Source: Candidatus Eiseniibacteriota bacterium (GTDB lineage Bacteria; Eisenbacteria; RBG-16-71-46). From it: a DNA stretch of 64,000 nt. The stretch lies in NCBI GenBank assembly GCA_963707915.1, contig OY970178.1, positions 1,120,001-1,184,000 of the forward strand, written 5' to 3'. Below are positions 1 to 10,957 of this stretch, piece after piece. The notes under the pieces are model-generated. The model was not told the origin of the DNA and did no database searches. It was given only the letters and a program-made list of their open reading frames with translations. Position 1 is the stretch's first letter. Each line of letters opens with the position of its first letter. Made by a program: the position numbers and the translations under genes.

Positions 1-96
1 GCGGACCGTTGCTCGCCACCACCCCCGAAGCGAGCGGACCCGGTGACGACCGCCACCGGGGCGCGTCTGCGCGGCCACCCATGCGAGGACGCGGTC

Positions 97-933
97 ATGG
101 CTAGCCTCAAGCCCCTCTGGTTGTCGGTCGGTTCGCTGAGCGAGAATCTGCGCCAGGCCGACTCGTTGCACGTGGGCCTCGACTTCGACGGGACCCTGAC
201 CCCCATCTCCGCCGCTCCGCGCGCGGCCGCGCTGTCGCCACGCGCCCGCGACGTGATCGAGCGCCTGTCGCGACGCGACCGGGTGCGGCTGGCGTTCCTG
301 TCGAGCCGCGTCCTCGACGACCTGTGGCGCCGGATCGGCATCGAGAGCGTCTTCTACGCCGGGTCGTCTGGACTCGAGACCCGGGACGAGCGCGGCCGTC
401 GCGAGACCCACGCCGGCTCCTCGCTCACCTTGCCGCTGGCGTTGCTCCGCGATCTCGAGGGCTGGTGCCGGCGGTTCCCGGGCGCCAACCTCGAGACCCG
501 GGGCAGTTCCTGCGCGCTGCACTTCGCCGAGGTCGCCCCCAGCCTGCAGCCCGCCTTCGGCGCCGGCGTGCGGCGACGCCTGCGCCCCCACGACCAGCTG
601 AGCCTGATCCACGGCCGGACCGCGTTCGAGGTGATGCCGGTCGGCGGCTGGGACAAGGGGGCGGCGCTCGAGCACTGGCTGGGATCGGCCGGACCGGGGA
701 CGATGCTGTTCTACTTCGGCGACGACACGCGCGACGAGCCGGTGCACGCCGTGGTCCGGCGCCACGGCGGCCTCGCCGTGGCGGTGGACCGCATCGTGTC
801 GCAGGCCGAGTACGCCCTGCCCTCGTTCGGCGACGTGATCTGGTTCCTGGAGTGGCTGGACCGGGAGTGGTCCCTGCGCACGTCGGTCCCGGCCGCCGCC
901 GGCCAGGGCCGGCTGCAGCCCTCCCCCGCCTGA
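97..933 (+). CDS. otsB: Trehalose-6-phosphate phosphatase (HAD subfamily IIB)
   Basis: HAD motifs LDFDGTL, EVMP..WDKG.A and YFGDD.RDE; ATG at 97 preceded by GAGG. Confidence 0.8.
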   Translation: MASLKPLWLSVGSLSENLRQADSLHVGLDFDGTLTPISAAPRAAALSPRARDVIERLSRRDRVRLAFLSSRVLDDLWRRIGIESVFYAGSSGLETRDERGRRETHAGSSLTLPLALLRDLEGWCRRFPGANLETRGSSCALHFAEVAPSLQPAFGAGVRRRLRPHDQLSLIHGRTAFEVMPVGGWDKGAALEHWLGSAGPGTMLFYFGDDTRDEPVHAVVRRHGGLAVAVDRIVSQAEYALPSFGDVIWFLEWLDREWSLRTSVPAAAGQGRLQPSPA

Positions 934-1126
934 ACCGTGCCCGGCGCCCGGGCGCGTGCGGCGCCGCCGCGACGCACGCGCCCGGGCCGGCGCCCCCTCG
1001 GTGGGACACGGCTGCGGACCGTGCTAGTGTCCGCGCGTCCTGGACCCCCGCCCCCGGAGGCACGCGGCACCATGAGGATCACGGCTCGCCCGCTGCAGTC
1101 CCGACCCGGCCACGGAGGACGCCCCG

Positions 1127-2023
1127 GTGCGTGAGCCGGGCGCGAGCGCGGAGGCGCTCGACTTCCTGATCCGCCTCGAGCGCTGGGCGGAAGGCGACCG
1201 GTCCGCGGACGCGGCGGCGCTGCACGCCGCACTGCTCGGCCACCTGCGCGAGGGACAGGCGGCGGCCGCGGCCAACGGGCTGGTCCACCAGCTCGCGGCG
1301 CGCGCGCTCGAGGTGGCCGACGCGGGGCGGCGGCGCGACGAACCCGCCCCCGCGCTCCGCACCGCGCTGGCGCAGTCGTGCGCCGCGGAGCGCGGCGACC
1401 TCGCCGGCGCGCGCGCCGCGGTGGCGCGCACGGCGGCCGAGCTGCTGGCCGAGCGCGGCGCGTGGGTCGCCACGCTCTCGGGCAGCAGCACCGTCGCCGC
1501 AGCGCTGCTCGAGCTCCACGCCCGCGACCGCGTGCCGCGGGCGCTGGTGGCCGAAGGGCGGCCGCTCCTGCACGGCCGCGCGCTCGCGGCCGCGCTGGGA
1601 CCGGCCGGCGTGCCGACCTGGCTGGTGGTGGACGCCGCGCTCCCGATGCTGCTGTCGCAGACCGCGGCGCTCTGGCTCGGGGCCGACGCGGTCACCGACC
1701 GCGGCGCGATCGTCGCGGTCGGCGGCTTCGCCACGGCGCTCGCGGCCCGCGAGCACTCGGTGCCGGTCTACGTGCTCGCGCCGCGCCGCAAGTTCCTGCC
1801 CGGGACGACCGCGGCGCTGCGGATCGACGAGCGGCCGCCCGCGGAAGTGTGGGACACCCCGGCCGGCGGCGTGCGGCCGCGCAACGTGCACGCCGAGATG
1901 CTGCCCCTCGGGCTGTTGCGCGGCGTGGTGGTCGAGGACGGCGTGCTCGGGCCGACCGAGGCGGCCACGGTGGCGCGCGAGCGGCGACTCCCCGGGCCGC
2001 TGGCGGAAGCGCCCGGCCGCTGA
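1127..2023 (+). CDS. eIF-2B alpha/beta/delta family protein (MtnA / R15P-isomerase fold)
   Basis: Family motifs TLSGSSTV, VAEGRP..HG, LGADAV...G, A.EH.VPVYV, NVHAE; GGAGG upstream of the GTG. Confidence 0.7.
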   Translation: MREPGASAEALDFLIRLERWAEGDRSADAAALHAALLGHLREGQAAAAANGLVHQLAARALEVADAGRRRDEPAPALRTALAQSCAAERGDLAGARAAVARTAAELLAERGAWVATLSGSSTVAAALLELHARDRVPRALVAEGRPLLHGRALAAALGPAGVPTWLVVDAALPMLLSQTAALWLGADAVTDRGAIVAVGGFATALAAREHSVPVYVLAPRRKFLPGTTAALRIDERPPAEVWDTPAGGVRPRNVHAEMLPLGLLRGVVVEDGVLGPTEAATVARERRLPGPLAEAPGR

Positions 2024-2188
2024 GCGCACCGCGCCCGGGGCGGCCCGGCCGCACGCGCACGCGGAGCCCGTTTCGCCCGACGGGAGTAGGGTGTATGGTG
2101 TGCGGGGGCCTTGTGGCGGAAAGCCCGCACTTTCCGCCGCGCCCACTGGGAATCCTTGACTACCGCGGCCGCGAACGAGGTTCCTTCT

Positions 2189-3904
2189 ATGGATCGTGAA
2201 CTGAAGCACGATGTGGTGATCCTGGGAGCCGGGCTGGCCGGCCTGCGGGCCGCCGTGGAGATCTCACGGCGACTCGGGGGCCAGGTCGACATCGGCATCG
2301 TCTCCAAGGTCCAGCTCATGCGCGCCCACTCGGTCTGCGCCGAGGGCGGCACGGCCTCGGTGCTCCGCACCGACCTGGGCGACTCGGAGGAGCTGCATGC
2401 CTGGGACACGGTGAAGGGCTCCGACTTCCTGGCCGACCAGAACGTGGTGCGGACCTTCGTCGAGACCATCCCGAAGGAGATCCGTCAGCTCGACCACTGG
2501 GGCATCCCCTGGACGCGCGACACCGAGGGCTACATCGCCCAGCGCCCGTTCGGTGGGCACAGCTACCCGCGGGCGACGCTGGCGGCCGACAAGACCGGCT
2601 TCTTCGAGATGCAGACGCTCTACGACCAGCTCCAGCGGTTCCGCAACTTCACGCGCTACGACGAGTTCTTCGTCACCGACATCCTGGTCCACGACGGCCG
2701 CTTCGCGGGCCTGGTCGGCCTGGACACCGGCAGCGGCGAGACCGTGGCGATCCGCGGCAAGGCGCTGCTCGTCGCCTCGGGTGGCGGCGGCTGCCTGTAC
2801 GGCTTCACCACCTACTCGCAGACCGTCACGGGCGACGGCATGGCGATGGCCTACCGGGCCGGCCTGCCCCTCGAGGACATGGAGTTCCTGCAGTTCCACC
2901 CGACCGGCCTGGTGCCCAACGGCATCCTGATGACCGAGGCCTGCCGCGGCGAGGGCGGCTACCTGAAGAACAACAAGGGCGAGCGCTTCATGGCGAGGTA
3001 CGCGCCGAAGCTGATGGAGCTGGCGCCCCGCGACATGGTCTCGCGCGCCGAGACCGAGGAGATCCTCGCCGGGAACGGCTTCCCCGCGTCCGACGGCGGC
3101 CACTACATCGAGCTGGACCTCACGCACCTCGGCGCGGACCGCATCAACACGCGGCTGCCGCTGATCCGCGAGGTGACCATCAAGTTCCTCGGGCTCGACC
3201 CGATCACCAAGCCGATCCCGATCCGCCCGGTGGCCCACTACTCGATGGGCGGCATCGAGACCGACATCAACGGGCTCACGCGCGTCGCCGGCATCTGGGC
3301 GGCGGGCGAGGCGGCCTGCGTGTCGCTGCACGGCGGGAACCGGCTCGGCGCGAACTCGACCGGGGAGTGCCTGGTGTGGGGCGGCATCACCGGCCGCGAG
3401 ATCGCGACGGCGCTGCCCAGGCTGGGCCAAGCGGCGGACCTGCCGGCAGGCAAGGCCCGCGACGCCGAGGACCGCATCCGGCAGGTGCTGGCGCGGCGCG
3501 GCAGCGAGAACATGTACGAGCTGCGCCGCCAGCTGCGCGAGACCATGGACTCCTGCGTCGGCGTGTTCCGCAACGGCGACGACCTGGCGAAGGCGCTGAA
3601 GCGGATCCGGGAGATCCGCGTCCGCGCGCTGCAGGCGCCCGTCGCCGACCAGTCGCGGGTCTACAACTCGAACCTGATCCACGCGCTCGAGCTGGAGAAC
3701 CTCCTGGACCTGGCCGAGGTGACGGTGGCCGGGGCACTGCCGCGGCAGGAATCACGAGGCGCACACGCCCGGCGCGACTTCGCCGTGCGCGACGACGCGA
3801 ACTGGCTCAAGCACACGCTGGCCTTCCACGATGCGGCGGGGCCCCGGCTGGAGTACAAGCCGGTGACCATCGACATGTGGCAGCCGGTCGAGCGCAAGTA
3901 CTAG
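2189..3904 (+). CDS. sdhA: Succinate dehydrogenase/fumarate reductase flavoprotein subunit
   Basis: GAGLAG dinucleotide fold, RAHSVCAEGG FAD-His motif, QFHPTG, TEACRGEGG, HYSMGG, LHGGNRLGANS, ESRGAH, C-terminal ERKY. Confidence 0.95.
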   Translation: MDRELKHDVVILGAGLAGLRAAVEISRRLGGQVDIGIVSKVQLMRAHSVCAEGGTASVLRTDLGDSEELHAWDTVKGSDFLADQNVVRTFVETIPKEIRQLDHWGIPWTRDTEGYIAQRPFGGHSYPRATLAADKTGFFEMQTLYDQLQRFRNFTRYDEFFVTDILVHDGRFAGLVGLDTGSGETVAIRGKALLVASGGGGCLYGFTTYSQTVTGDGMAMAYRAGLPLEDMEFLQFHPTGLVPNGILMTEACRGEGGYLKNNKGERFMARYAPKLMELAPRDMVSRAETEEILAGNGFPASDGGHYIELDLTHLGADRINTRLPLIREVTIKFLGLDPITKPIPIRPVAHYSMGGIETDINGLTRVAGIWAAGEAACVSLHGGNRLGANSTGECLVWGGITGREIATALPRLGQAADLPAGKARDAEDRIRQVLARRGSENMYELRRQLRETMDSCVGVFRNGDDLAKALKRIREIRVRALQAPVADQSRVYNSNLIHALELENLLDLAEVTVAGALPRQESRGAHARRDFAVRDDANWLKHTLAFHDAAGPRLEYKPVTIDMWQPVERKY

Positions 3905-3919
3905 CCCCCGGAGGAGATC

Positions 3920-4354
3920 ATGGAATCCCACGCACATCCCAATCGGCTGGGCATCCGGGGGTGGGTCGGAGGCGGGCGCTGGGGCTTCGAGCGCGCCCTG
4001 TACACACTCCACCGCATCACCGGGCTCGGACTGCTCACCTACTTCCTGCTCCACATCTTCGTCACCTCGGCCCGGGTCTTCGGCAAGGGCGCCTGGGAGA
4101 CGGCGATGGGCGCCGTCAGCGGGCCGGCCTTTAAGGTCGGCGAGTACCTGGTCTTCGCCGCCTTCGCCTTCCACGCCGTCAACGGCATCCGGCTCGCGAT
4201 GCTCGAGCTCGGCTTCGCCGTCGGCCGGCCGATCGAACCCATCTACCCCTACGCGACCTCGGTCGGCCGGCAGCGGCCGCTCGCGCTCGCGGTGATGCTG
4301 ATCGCGGGCGTGATCGCGGTCTGGGGTGGCTACAACTTCTTCTTCATGGACTAG
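3920..4354 (+). CDS. sdhC: Succinate dehydrogenase cytochrome b556 subunit
   Basis: LHRITG and FHAVNGIR heme-His motifs, three hydrophobic helices, GGAGG RBS. Confidence 0.9.
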   Translation: MESHAHPNRLGIRGWVGGGRWGFERALYTLHRITGLGLLTYFLLHIFVTSARVFGKGAWETAMGAVSGPAFKVGEYLVFAAFAFHAVNGIRLAMLELGFAVGRPIEPIYPYATSVGRQRPLALAVMLIAGVIAVWGGYNFFFMD

Positions 4355-4363
4355 GGGGCCACC

Positions 4364-4747
4364 ATGCGAGACCGCACACTCTGGACCTGGCACATCTTCG
4401 CAGGCGCGGTGATCCTGGTCTTCCTCGGCCTGCACATGATCATCATGCACCTCAACGGGACGTTCCCGACCTTCAACAACCCGTTCGGCGGCGAGGCCGA
4501 GTCGTGGCAGAACGTCGCGGCCCGGGCCCGCAGCCTGTTCTTCACCGTGACCTACGTCGTCCTGCTGGGTGCCGCGCTCTACCACGGGCTCTACGGCCTG
4601 CGCAACATCCTGCTCGAGCTGGATCCCGGCGCCGGGCTGCGCCGGGGCATCAACGTCGCGCTCTCGATGCTCGGCCTGGCGTTGTTCGCCTTCGGGGCCT
4701 GGGTCGCCGTCACGGCCCCGGGCGCCATGTCCCGGATGGGAGGCTGA
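4364..4747 (+). CDS. sdhD: Succinate dehydrogenase membrane anchor subunit
   Basis: Three TM helices, YHGLYGLRNIL motif, position inside the sdh operon. Confidence 0.8.
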   Translation: MRDRTLWTWHIFAGAVILVFLGLHMIIMHLNGTFPTFNNPFGGEAESWQNVAARARSLFFTVTYVVLLGAALYHGLYGLRNILLELDPGAGLRRGINVALSMLGLALFAFGAWVAVTAPGAMSRMGG

Positions 4748-4748
4748 C

Positions 4749-5588
4749 GTGGCCGACACGACCCTGAAATCCGTGATCTTCCACCTGCGCCGCTTCGAGC
4801 CCGGCAAGGACCGCGAGCCCCACTGGGAGAAGTACCCGATCGACGCGCTGCCGGGGATGACCGTGCTCGACGGCCTGTGGAAGGTGAAGGAGTTGTTCGC
4901 GCCGACCCTGGCGTGGCGGTCTTCGTGCCGCATGGGCATCTGCGGCTCCTGCGGCATGCTCATCAACGGCCGCCCCCGGCTCGCCTGCAACACGCAGATC
5001 TCCGAGCTGAACAGCGACGTCGTGGCGGTCGGGCCGCTGCCCAATTTCGGCATCATCAAGGACCTGGTCCCCGACCTGCACCCGATGTTCGAGGCCCACC
5101 GCGAGCTGATGCCCTTCCTGGTCCGCGAGGACGTCCAGGAGCAGGAGACCCCGACCGGGGAGTACTGGCAGACGCCGCACGAGCTGGAGCGCTACCTGCA
5201 GTTCAGCTACTGCATCAAGTGCGGCTGCTGCATGGCGGCGTGCCCGACGGTGGCCACCGACCCGGAGTACTCCGGACCGATGCCGCTGGGCCAGGCGCAC
5301 CGCTACAACAGCGACACGCGCGACGGCGGGTTCGCGAAGCGCCGCCAGGCGCTCGAGGGTGGCCGCGGGCCGTGGCGCTGCCATTTCGCGGGCGAATGCT
5401 CGCAGGTCTGTCCCAAGGGCGTCGACCCGGCCAAGGCGATCCAGCTGATGAAGCAGGACCTCGTCTTCGACCTGCTGAAGTTGCGCGTGCGCGGGCCGGC
5501 CGCACGGCTGGTGGACAAGCCCTGTGGCAAGCGGCGCGAGGACATCCCGGTGGCGCCGCCGCGGACGGTCAAGGCGCCGACCGGCTGA
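4749..5588 (+). CDS. sdhB: Succinate dehydrogenase iron-sulfur subunit
   Basis: SCRMGICGSC..LAC (2Fe-2S), CIKCGCCMAACP (4Fe-4S), CHFAGECSQVCP (3Fe-4S); GTG at 4749 after GGAGG. Confidence 0.95.
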   Translation: MADTTLKSVIFHLRRFEPGKDREPHWEKYPIDALPGMTVLDGLWKVKELFAPTLAWRSSCRMGICGSCGMLINGRPRLACNTQISELNSDVVAVGPLPNFGIIKDLVPDLHPMFEAHRELMPFLVREDVQEQETPTGEYWQTPHELERYLQFSYCIKCGCCMAACPTVATDPEYSGPMPLGQAHRYNSDTRDGGFAKRRQALEGGRGPWRCHFAGECSQVCPKGVDPAKAIQLMKQDLVFDLLKLRVRGPAARLVDKPCGKRREDIPVAPPRTVKAPTG

Positions 5589-5642
5589 CCCCGGCGGCGA
5601 ACGGGCGGACGGCAGCCACGGACTCGCCCGTCGACGTGAATC

Positions 5643-5674
5643 GAACGCCCGCACGGGCTCCCGTGCGGGCGTTC
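5643..5674. terminator. Hairpin between convergent sdhB and MCP genes
   Basis: Perfect inverted repeat GAACGCCCGCACGG-gctc-CCGTGCGGGCGTTC. Confidence 0.65.
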
Positions 5675-5714
5675 ATGCGGTGGGCGGCCAGGGACGCCGT
5701 GCCCGGGCCTGCCC

Positions 5715-7361
5715 TCAGGCCGCGTCCGCCAGGTCGTCGCCCCCGCCGGCCGCCGCTTCGGAGGAGTCGAGGCGGAACCGAGCCACCAGGCCGCGCAACC
5801 GCTCGCCGCGCTCCGAGAGCGAGCGCGAGGCGCCCTCGAGTTCCTCGGCCTGCGAGGCGTTGGACTCGGTGACCTGGCTGACGTGCTCGATGGCCTGGTG
5901 CAGCCCCTGGATGCTGCTCACGTGCTCGCGGCTCGCCCGGGCGATGGCGTCCACGGTGTCGGTCACGGTCTGCACCGAGCTCACGATCTCCTCGAGCCGC
6001 TGCCCCGAGCGTTCCACCAGGCCGGAGCTCGACTCGATGCGCTGCACCGACTCCTGGATGAGCGTGCGGATCTCGCGCGACGCCGCCGCGCTGCGCTGCG
6101 CCAGCAGGCGCACCTCGCCGGCGACCACCGCGAACCCCCGGCCCTGGTCGCCCGCACGCGCCGCCTCGACCGCGGCGTTGAGCGCGAGCAGGTTGGTCTG
6201 GAACGCCAACTCGTCGATGGTCGCGCTGATGTCCTCGATGCGATTCGACGAGGCGAGCAACTCGCGCATCGAGGCGACGGCCGAGACGACCACCTCGCCG
6301 CCGCGCTGGGCCGAGGCGCGGGCCTCGCCCGCGAGCCGGCAGGTCTCCTCGGCGTGGCGCGCGTTCTCCCGCATCGTCTCCGAGACGACCGTGAGGCTGG
6401 TGACCGTCTGCTCGAGGCTCGATGCCTGGCTCTGGGCCCCGGCGGAGATGAGCCCGGCGCCGTGCATGAACTCGGCCGAAGCCTGCGCGACCTCGTCGGC
6501 GGAGCCCCGGACGTCGGTCAGCGTCTCGCGGATGTCGCGGATGGCCGCCGACAGCACCTCGATCATGCGCCCCGTCTCGTCGCGGCTCTCGGCGACCGGG
6601 TCCTGCGAGAGGTCGCCCCGGCCGAGGGCCTCGAGCACGCGCACGGTGTTCCGCAGGGGCCGGGTGAGGACCATCGCGGAGGCCAGCCCGATCAGGACCA
6701 CTCCGAGCACGCCGGCGATGAGCAGTCCCAGCATGAGCAGCCGGCCGCGCACGTACAGCGCGTCACTCTTCTCCAGCGCCCGCTGGCCCAGCACCTCGCG
6801 CGAGACCGCGACCTCGGTGAGCAGGGCCGCCAGCCCCTGGGACTGGTTGCTCATCTCCTCGACCGCCGCGGCGGCGCCCCGGCGGTCGCCCGACTTCGCC
6901 AGGGCGAACACCTTCCCGCCGGCGGACTCGAAGGCGCCGATCTGGGCCCGGACCTCGTCGATCCTGGCGTGCGAGGCGGAATCCGAAAGCGCGGAGTCCG
7001 CGCGCGCCATCTGTTCGCGCACCACCGGCGCGTAGCAGGCGTAGGCCTGCTCCTGGAACTCCACCATCGCCGGGTCGGACTGCTGGCTCGCGGCCTGCGC
7101 CGCGCCCAGCATGGCGAGCAGGTTGATGTTCGTCTCCTTGACGCAGGAGAGCCCCGTCATGTCCTTCTGGAGGCCCCGCACGGTGAGCCGCAGGCCGTCC
7201 ATGCGCTGCAGGCCGATCCAACCCACGCCAGCCAGCAGCAGGGCGCTGAGGGCCGCGCTGAGGACCATCTTCTGGCGGATGCCGAGGTCCACGTAGGCGC
7301 GCCCCAGCCGACGGCCGATGCGCGCGAGAACGAACGGTCTCCTTGCCTTCGTCATGTCCAT
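5715..7361 (-). CDS. Methyl-accepting chemotaxis protein (TM-4HB sensor-TM-HAMP-MA)
   Basis: Hairpin-tip [37 protein letters not shown]; two TM segments; start MDMTKARR with GAGGT RBS. Confidence 0.93.
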   Translation of the reverse strand: MDMTKARRPFVLARIGRRLGRAYVDLGIRQKMVLSAALSALLLAGVGWIGLQRMDGLRLTVRGLQKDMTGLSCVKETNINLLAMLGAAQAASQQSDPAMVEFQEQAYACYAPVVREQMARADSALSDSASHARIDEVRAQIGAFESAGGKVFALAKSGDRRGAAAAVEEMSNQSQGLAALLTEVAVSREVLGQRALEKSDALYVRGRLLMLGLLIAGVLGVVLIGLASAMVLTRPLRNTVRVLEALGRGDLSQDPVAESRDETGRMIEVLSAAIRDIRETLTDVRGSADEVAQASAEFMHGAGLISAGAQSQASSLEQTVTSLTVVSETMRENARHAEETCRLAGEARASAQRGGEVVVSAVASMRELLASSNRIEDISATIDELAFQTNLLALNAAVEAARAGDQGRGFAVVAGEVRLLAQRSAAASREIRTLIQESVQRIESSSGLVERSGQRLEEIVSSVQTVTDTVDAIARASREHVSSIQGLHQAIEHVSQVTESNASQAEELEGASRSLSERGERLRGLVARFRLDSSEAAAGGGDDLADAA

Positions 7362-7438
7362 GGACGACCTCGAGGTGCGCGGTCCGGGAGCCCCGGAGCG
7401 GCTCCGGGGCCTCTGAAGCGATGCAGGGGCACATCTTA

Positions 7439-7465
7439 GCGTCGGCAGAAGGCGTGGGACCTTGA
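7439..7465 (-). promoter_or_regulatory. Putative sigma28 (FliA) promoter for the MCP
   Basis: TCAAG-N14-GCCGACGC on the minus strand, about 80 nt upstream of the MCP start. Confidence 0.7.
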
Positions 7466-7486
7466 GGCGCTCCGGCACGTCGGGCC

Positions 7487-7513
7487 TCAAGTCCCGCGCC
7501 CCTCCACCGACAC
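7487..7513 (+). promoter_or_regulatory. Putative sigma28 promoter for the porin/PBP operon
   Basis: TCAAG-N14-ACCGACAC, mirror image of the MCP promoter. Confidence 0.6.
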
Positions 7514-7587
7514 TCCTCAGGGTCCACTGGCATGGCCTCGCTCCCCTCACGAGGCCAGTCCACCACGGCTCATGGAGGAGGTTGGTC

Positions 7588-8814
7588 ATGCGACGTCTCG
7601 CGTTCGGCCTGATCGCGGCAGTGCTCCTGTCCATCCCCGCGCTCGCGGCGGCACAGCAGCAGTTGAGCGTGTACGGCTACTTCTCGACCCGCGTCGAGAA
7701 GGGCTTCGGGGTGCCGTCCTACGACGGCTCGAAGGTCGTGCAGGAGAACCTCCCGCACGAGTTCAGCTCGCCGTTCTTCAGCTTCATGGCACAGTCCCCC
7801 ATCGGGGACCGCTTCCGGGCCTTCGTGAACTTCAACGGCTCGTCGAGCGGGGCGCTGACCGTCCGCAATTCGTGGGGTGAGTACAACGGCTCGAACGCCT
7901 TCAACTTGCGCGTCGGCCGGATGTACCGCCGCTTCGGGCTCTACAACGAGAACCTCGACGCCACTCCGACCTACTACGGCATCGAGCCGCCGGAGACGTT
8001 CGACACCGACCACCTGATCGTCTCCCGGACCACCCTGGCGATGGTCTACGGGCGCGCCAACGTCGGCACCGGCATCGTCAACTACTCGATCACGACCGAC
8101 AACGGCGAAGGCAAGGACATCTTCAAGAACGCGTATCCCGCGGGGGTCGACCTGAACTGCGTGGTGGCGGGCGGGAAGGCCACGGTCGGCTTCTCGGGCT
8201 ACAGCTCCGGCGGCTGGACGAACTCCGACGTCTCGATCGGCGACGGCTCCCCGAAGAGCGGCGTGCTGCCCTGGATGGATCGCGACCACTTCACCGTCAT
8301 GAATGGCTACGTCGAGGGCAAGATCGACCGCCTGACCCTTCAGTTCGAGGTCGCGGAAGCCAACCACGTCGCCATCCGCAACGCGGACAACGTGCTCACG
8401 CTGCTGGCGGACGCCGGCCTGAACGACGCGCAGCGCGCGCGCTTCATGATCGACCCGGCCGGCGACCCGGCCGACGCGGCGAACGTGAACCTGAACGGCG
8501 ACTACAAGGTCCAGACCTGGTACATGCGGGCCGGCTACTCCATGGAGAGCAAGGTGGGCGAGTTCGGTCCGTACGTGCAGTGGGACTACTACTCGAATCC
8601 CGAGACCATCAACAAGAAGAAGTACGGCGGCGACAACGAGGCGGGTGACGCGGACGACGGCAAGTTCAACAAGTCCACGATCGGCCTGCTCTACCGGCCG
8701 GTCCCCGAGGTCGCCTTCAAGTTCGACGGCAGCCAGCACTACTACAAGTACCATGGCGAGAACGTCAGCTACACCGAGCTGCGCTTCGACGTCTCGTACA
8801 CCTTCGGCCTGTGA
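7588..8814 (+). CDS. Outer-membrane beta-barrel (porin-like) protein
   Basis: Sec signal peptide MRRLAFG...ALAAAQ, aromatic/Gly-rich alternating strands, C-terminal [22 protein letters not shown]. Confidence 0.75.
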   Translation: MRRLAFGLIAAVLLSIPALAAAQQQLSVYGYFSTRVEKGFGVPSYDGSKVVQENLPHEFSSPFFSFMAQSPIGDRFRAFVNFNGSSSGALTVRNSWGEYNGSNAFNLRVGRMYRRFGLYNENLDATPTYYGIEPPETFDTDHLIVSRTTLAMVYGRANVGTGIVNYSITTDNGEGKDIFKNAYPAGVDLNCVVAGGKATVGFSGYSSGGWTNSDVSIGDGSPKSGVLPWMDRDHFTVMNGYVEGKIDRLTLQFEVAEANHVAIRNADNVLTLLADAGLNDAQRARFMIDPAGDPADAANVNLNGDYKVQTWYMRAGYSMESKVGEFGPYVQWDYYSNPETINKKKYGGDNEAGDADDGKFNKSTIGLLYRPVPEVAFKFDGSQHYYKYHGENVSYTELRFDVSYTFGL

Positions 8815-8870
8815 CATCGCCGGCGCGGCCCCTCGCGGCCGCGCCTCCACCTCGAGAGGAGCAGCGGACA

Positions 8871-9305
8871 ATGAAGAACAACGTGCGGTTCGTGTGGGTC
8901 GCGACGGCCGCGCTGGCGTTCCTCGGGCTCTCCGCCCTGGATGCCACCGCCCAGGTCAGCATCATCGTCTCGGCATCGAGCACTGCGAAGGCGTCTCCCG
9001 CACAGGTCGCGGACATGTTCGCGGGCGTGACGACGACCTGGTCCACCGGCAGCAAGGTCCAGATCGTCGACCAGCCCGACACGCCGGTCGGCAAGACCTT
9101 CTACATGAAGCTCGTGAAGCGCCCGGTCACGATCGTGAGAGCCCAGTGGACGAAGCTCTCGCTGTCGGGCCAGGGGCTCGCGCCGAAGCGCGTGGCGGAC
9201 GACGAAGCCATGAAGGACGCGGTCAAGAAGTCGCCCGGCGCGATCGGGTACATCGCCAGCAGCTCGCTGGACGCGAGCGTCAAGGAACTGGCTCGCGTCG
9301 AGTAG
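8871..9305 (+). CDS. Small periplasmic binding-protein-like (PstS/PBP2-like single domain) protein
   Basis: Signal peptide; V.DMF.G..W, FY..L, W..L..SG.G..P and V...PGAIGYI patterns; GAGGAG RBS. Confidence 0.7.
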   Translation: MKNNVRFVWVATAALAFLGLSALDATAQVSIIVSASSTAKASPAQVADMFAGVTTTWSTGSKVQIVDQPDTPVGKTFYMKLVKRPVTIVRAQWTKLSLSGQGLAPKRVADDEAMKDAVKKSPGAIGYIASSSLDASVKELARVE

Positions 9306-9327
9306 GCTCGTTCCCCGGATCCACCCG

Positions 9328-9358
9328 CGGGCTCCCGGCCGTGTCGGCCGGGAGCCCG
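9328..9358. terminator. Hairpin between convergent PBP and rtcB genes
   Basis: CGGGCTCCCGGCC-gtgtc-GGCCGGGAGCCCG, 13-bp stem. Confidence 0.6.
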
Positions 9359-9470
9359 TCGCGTCTCCCACGCCGGCGCGCCGTCCGTCCGCCGCGCCGT
9401 TCGCCCTTCGCCGCCACCGGCGCCGCGCCGGCCGGCGCGGCCTGCCCGCCCCGGGAGCGGAACGGGCGGC

Positions 9471-10923
<1,453 letters not shown>

Positions 10924-10957
10924 GACGGCGGGAGTCTGCGCCCGCTGGCGGGCGCGT

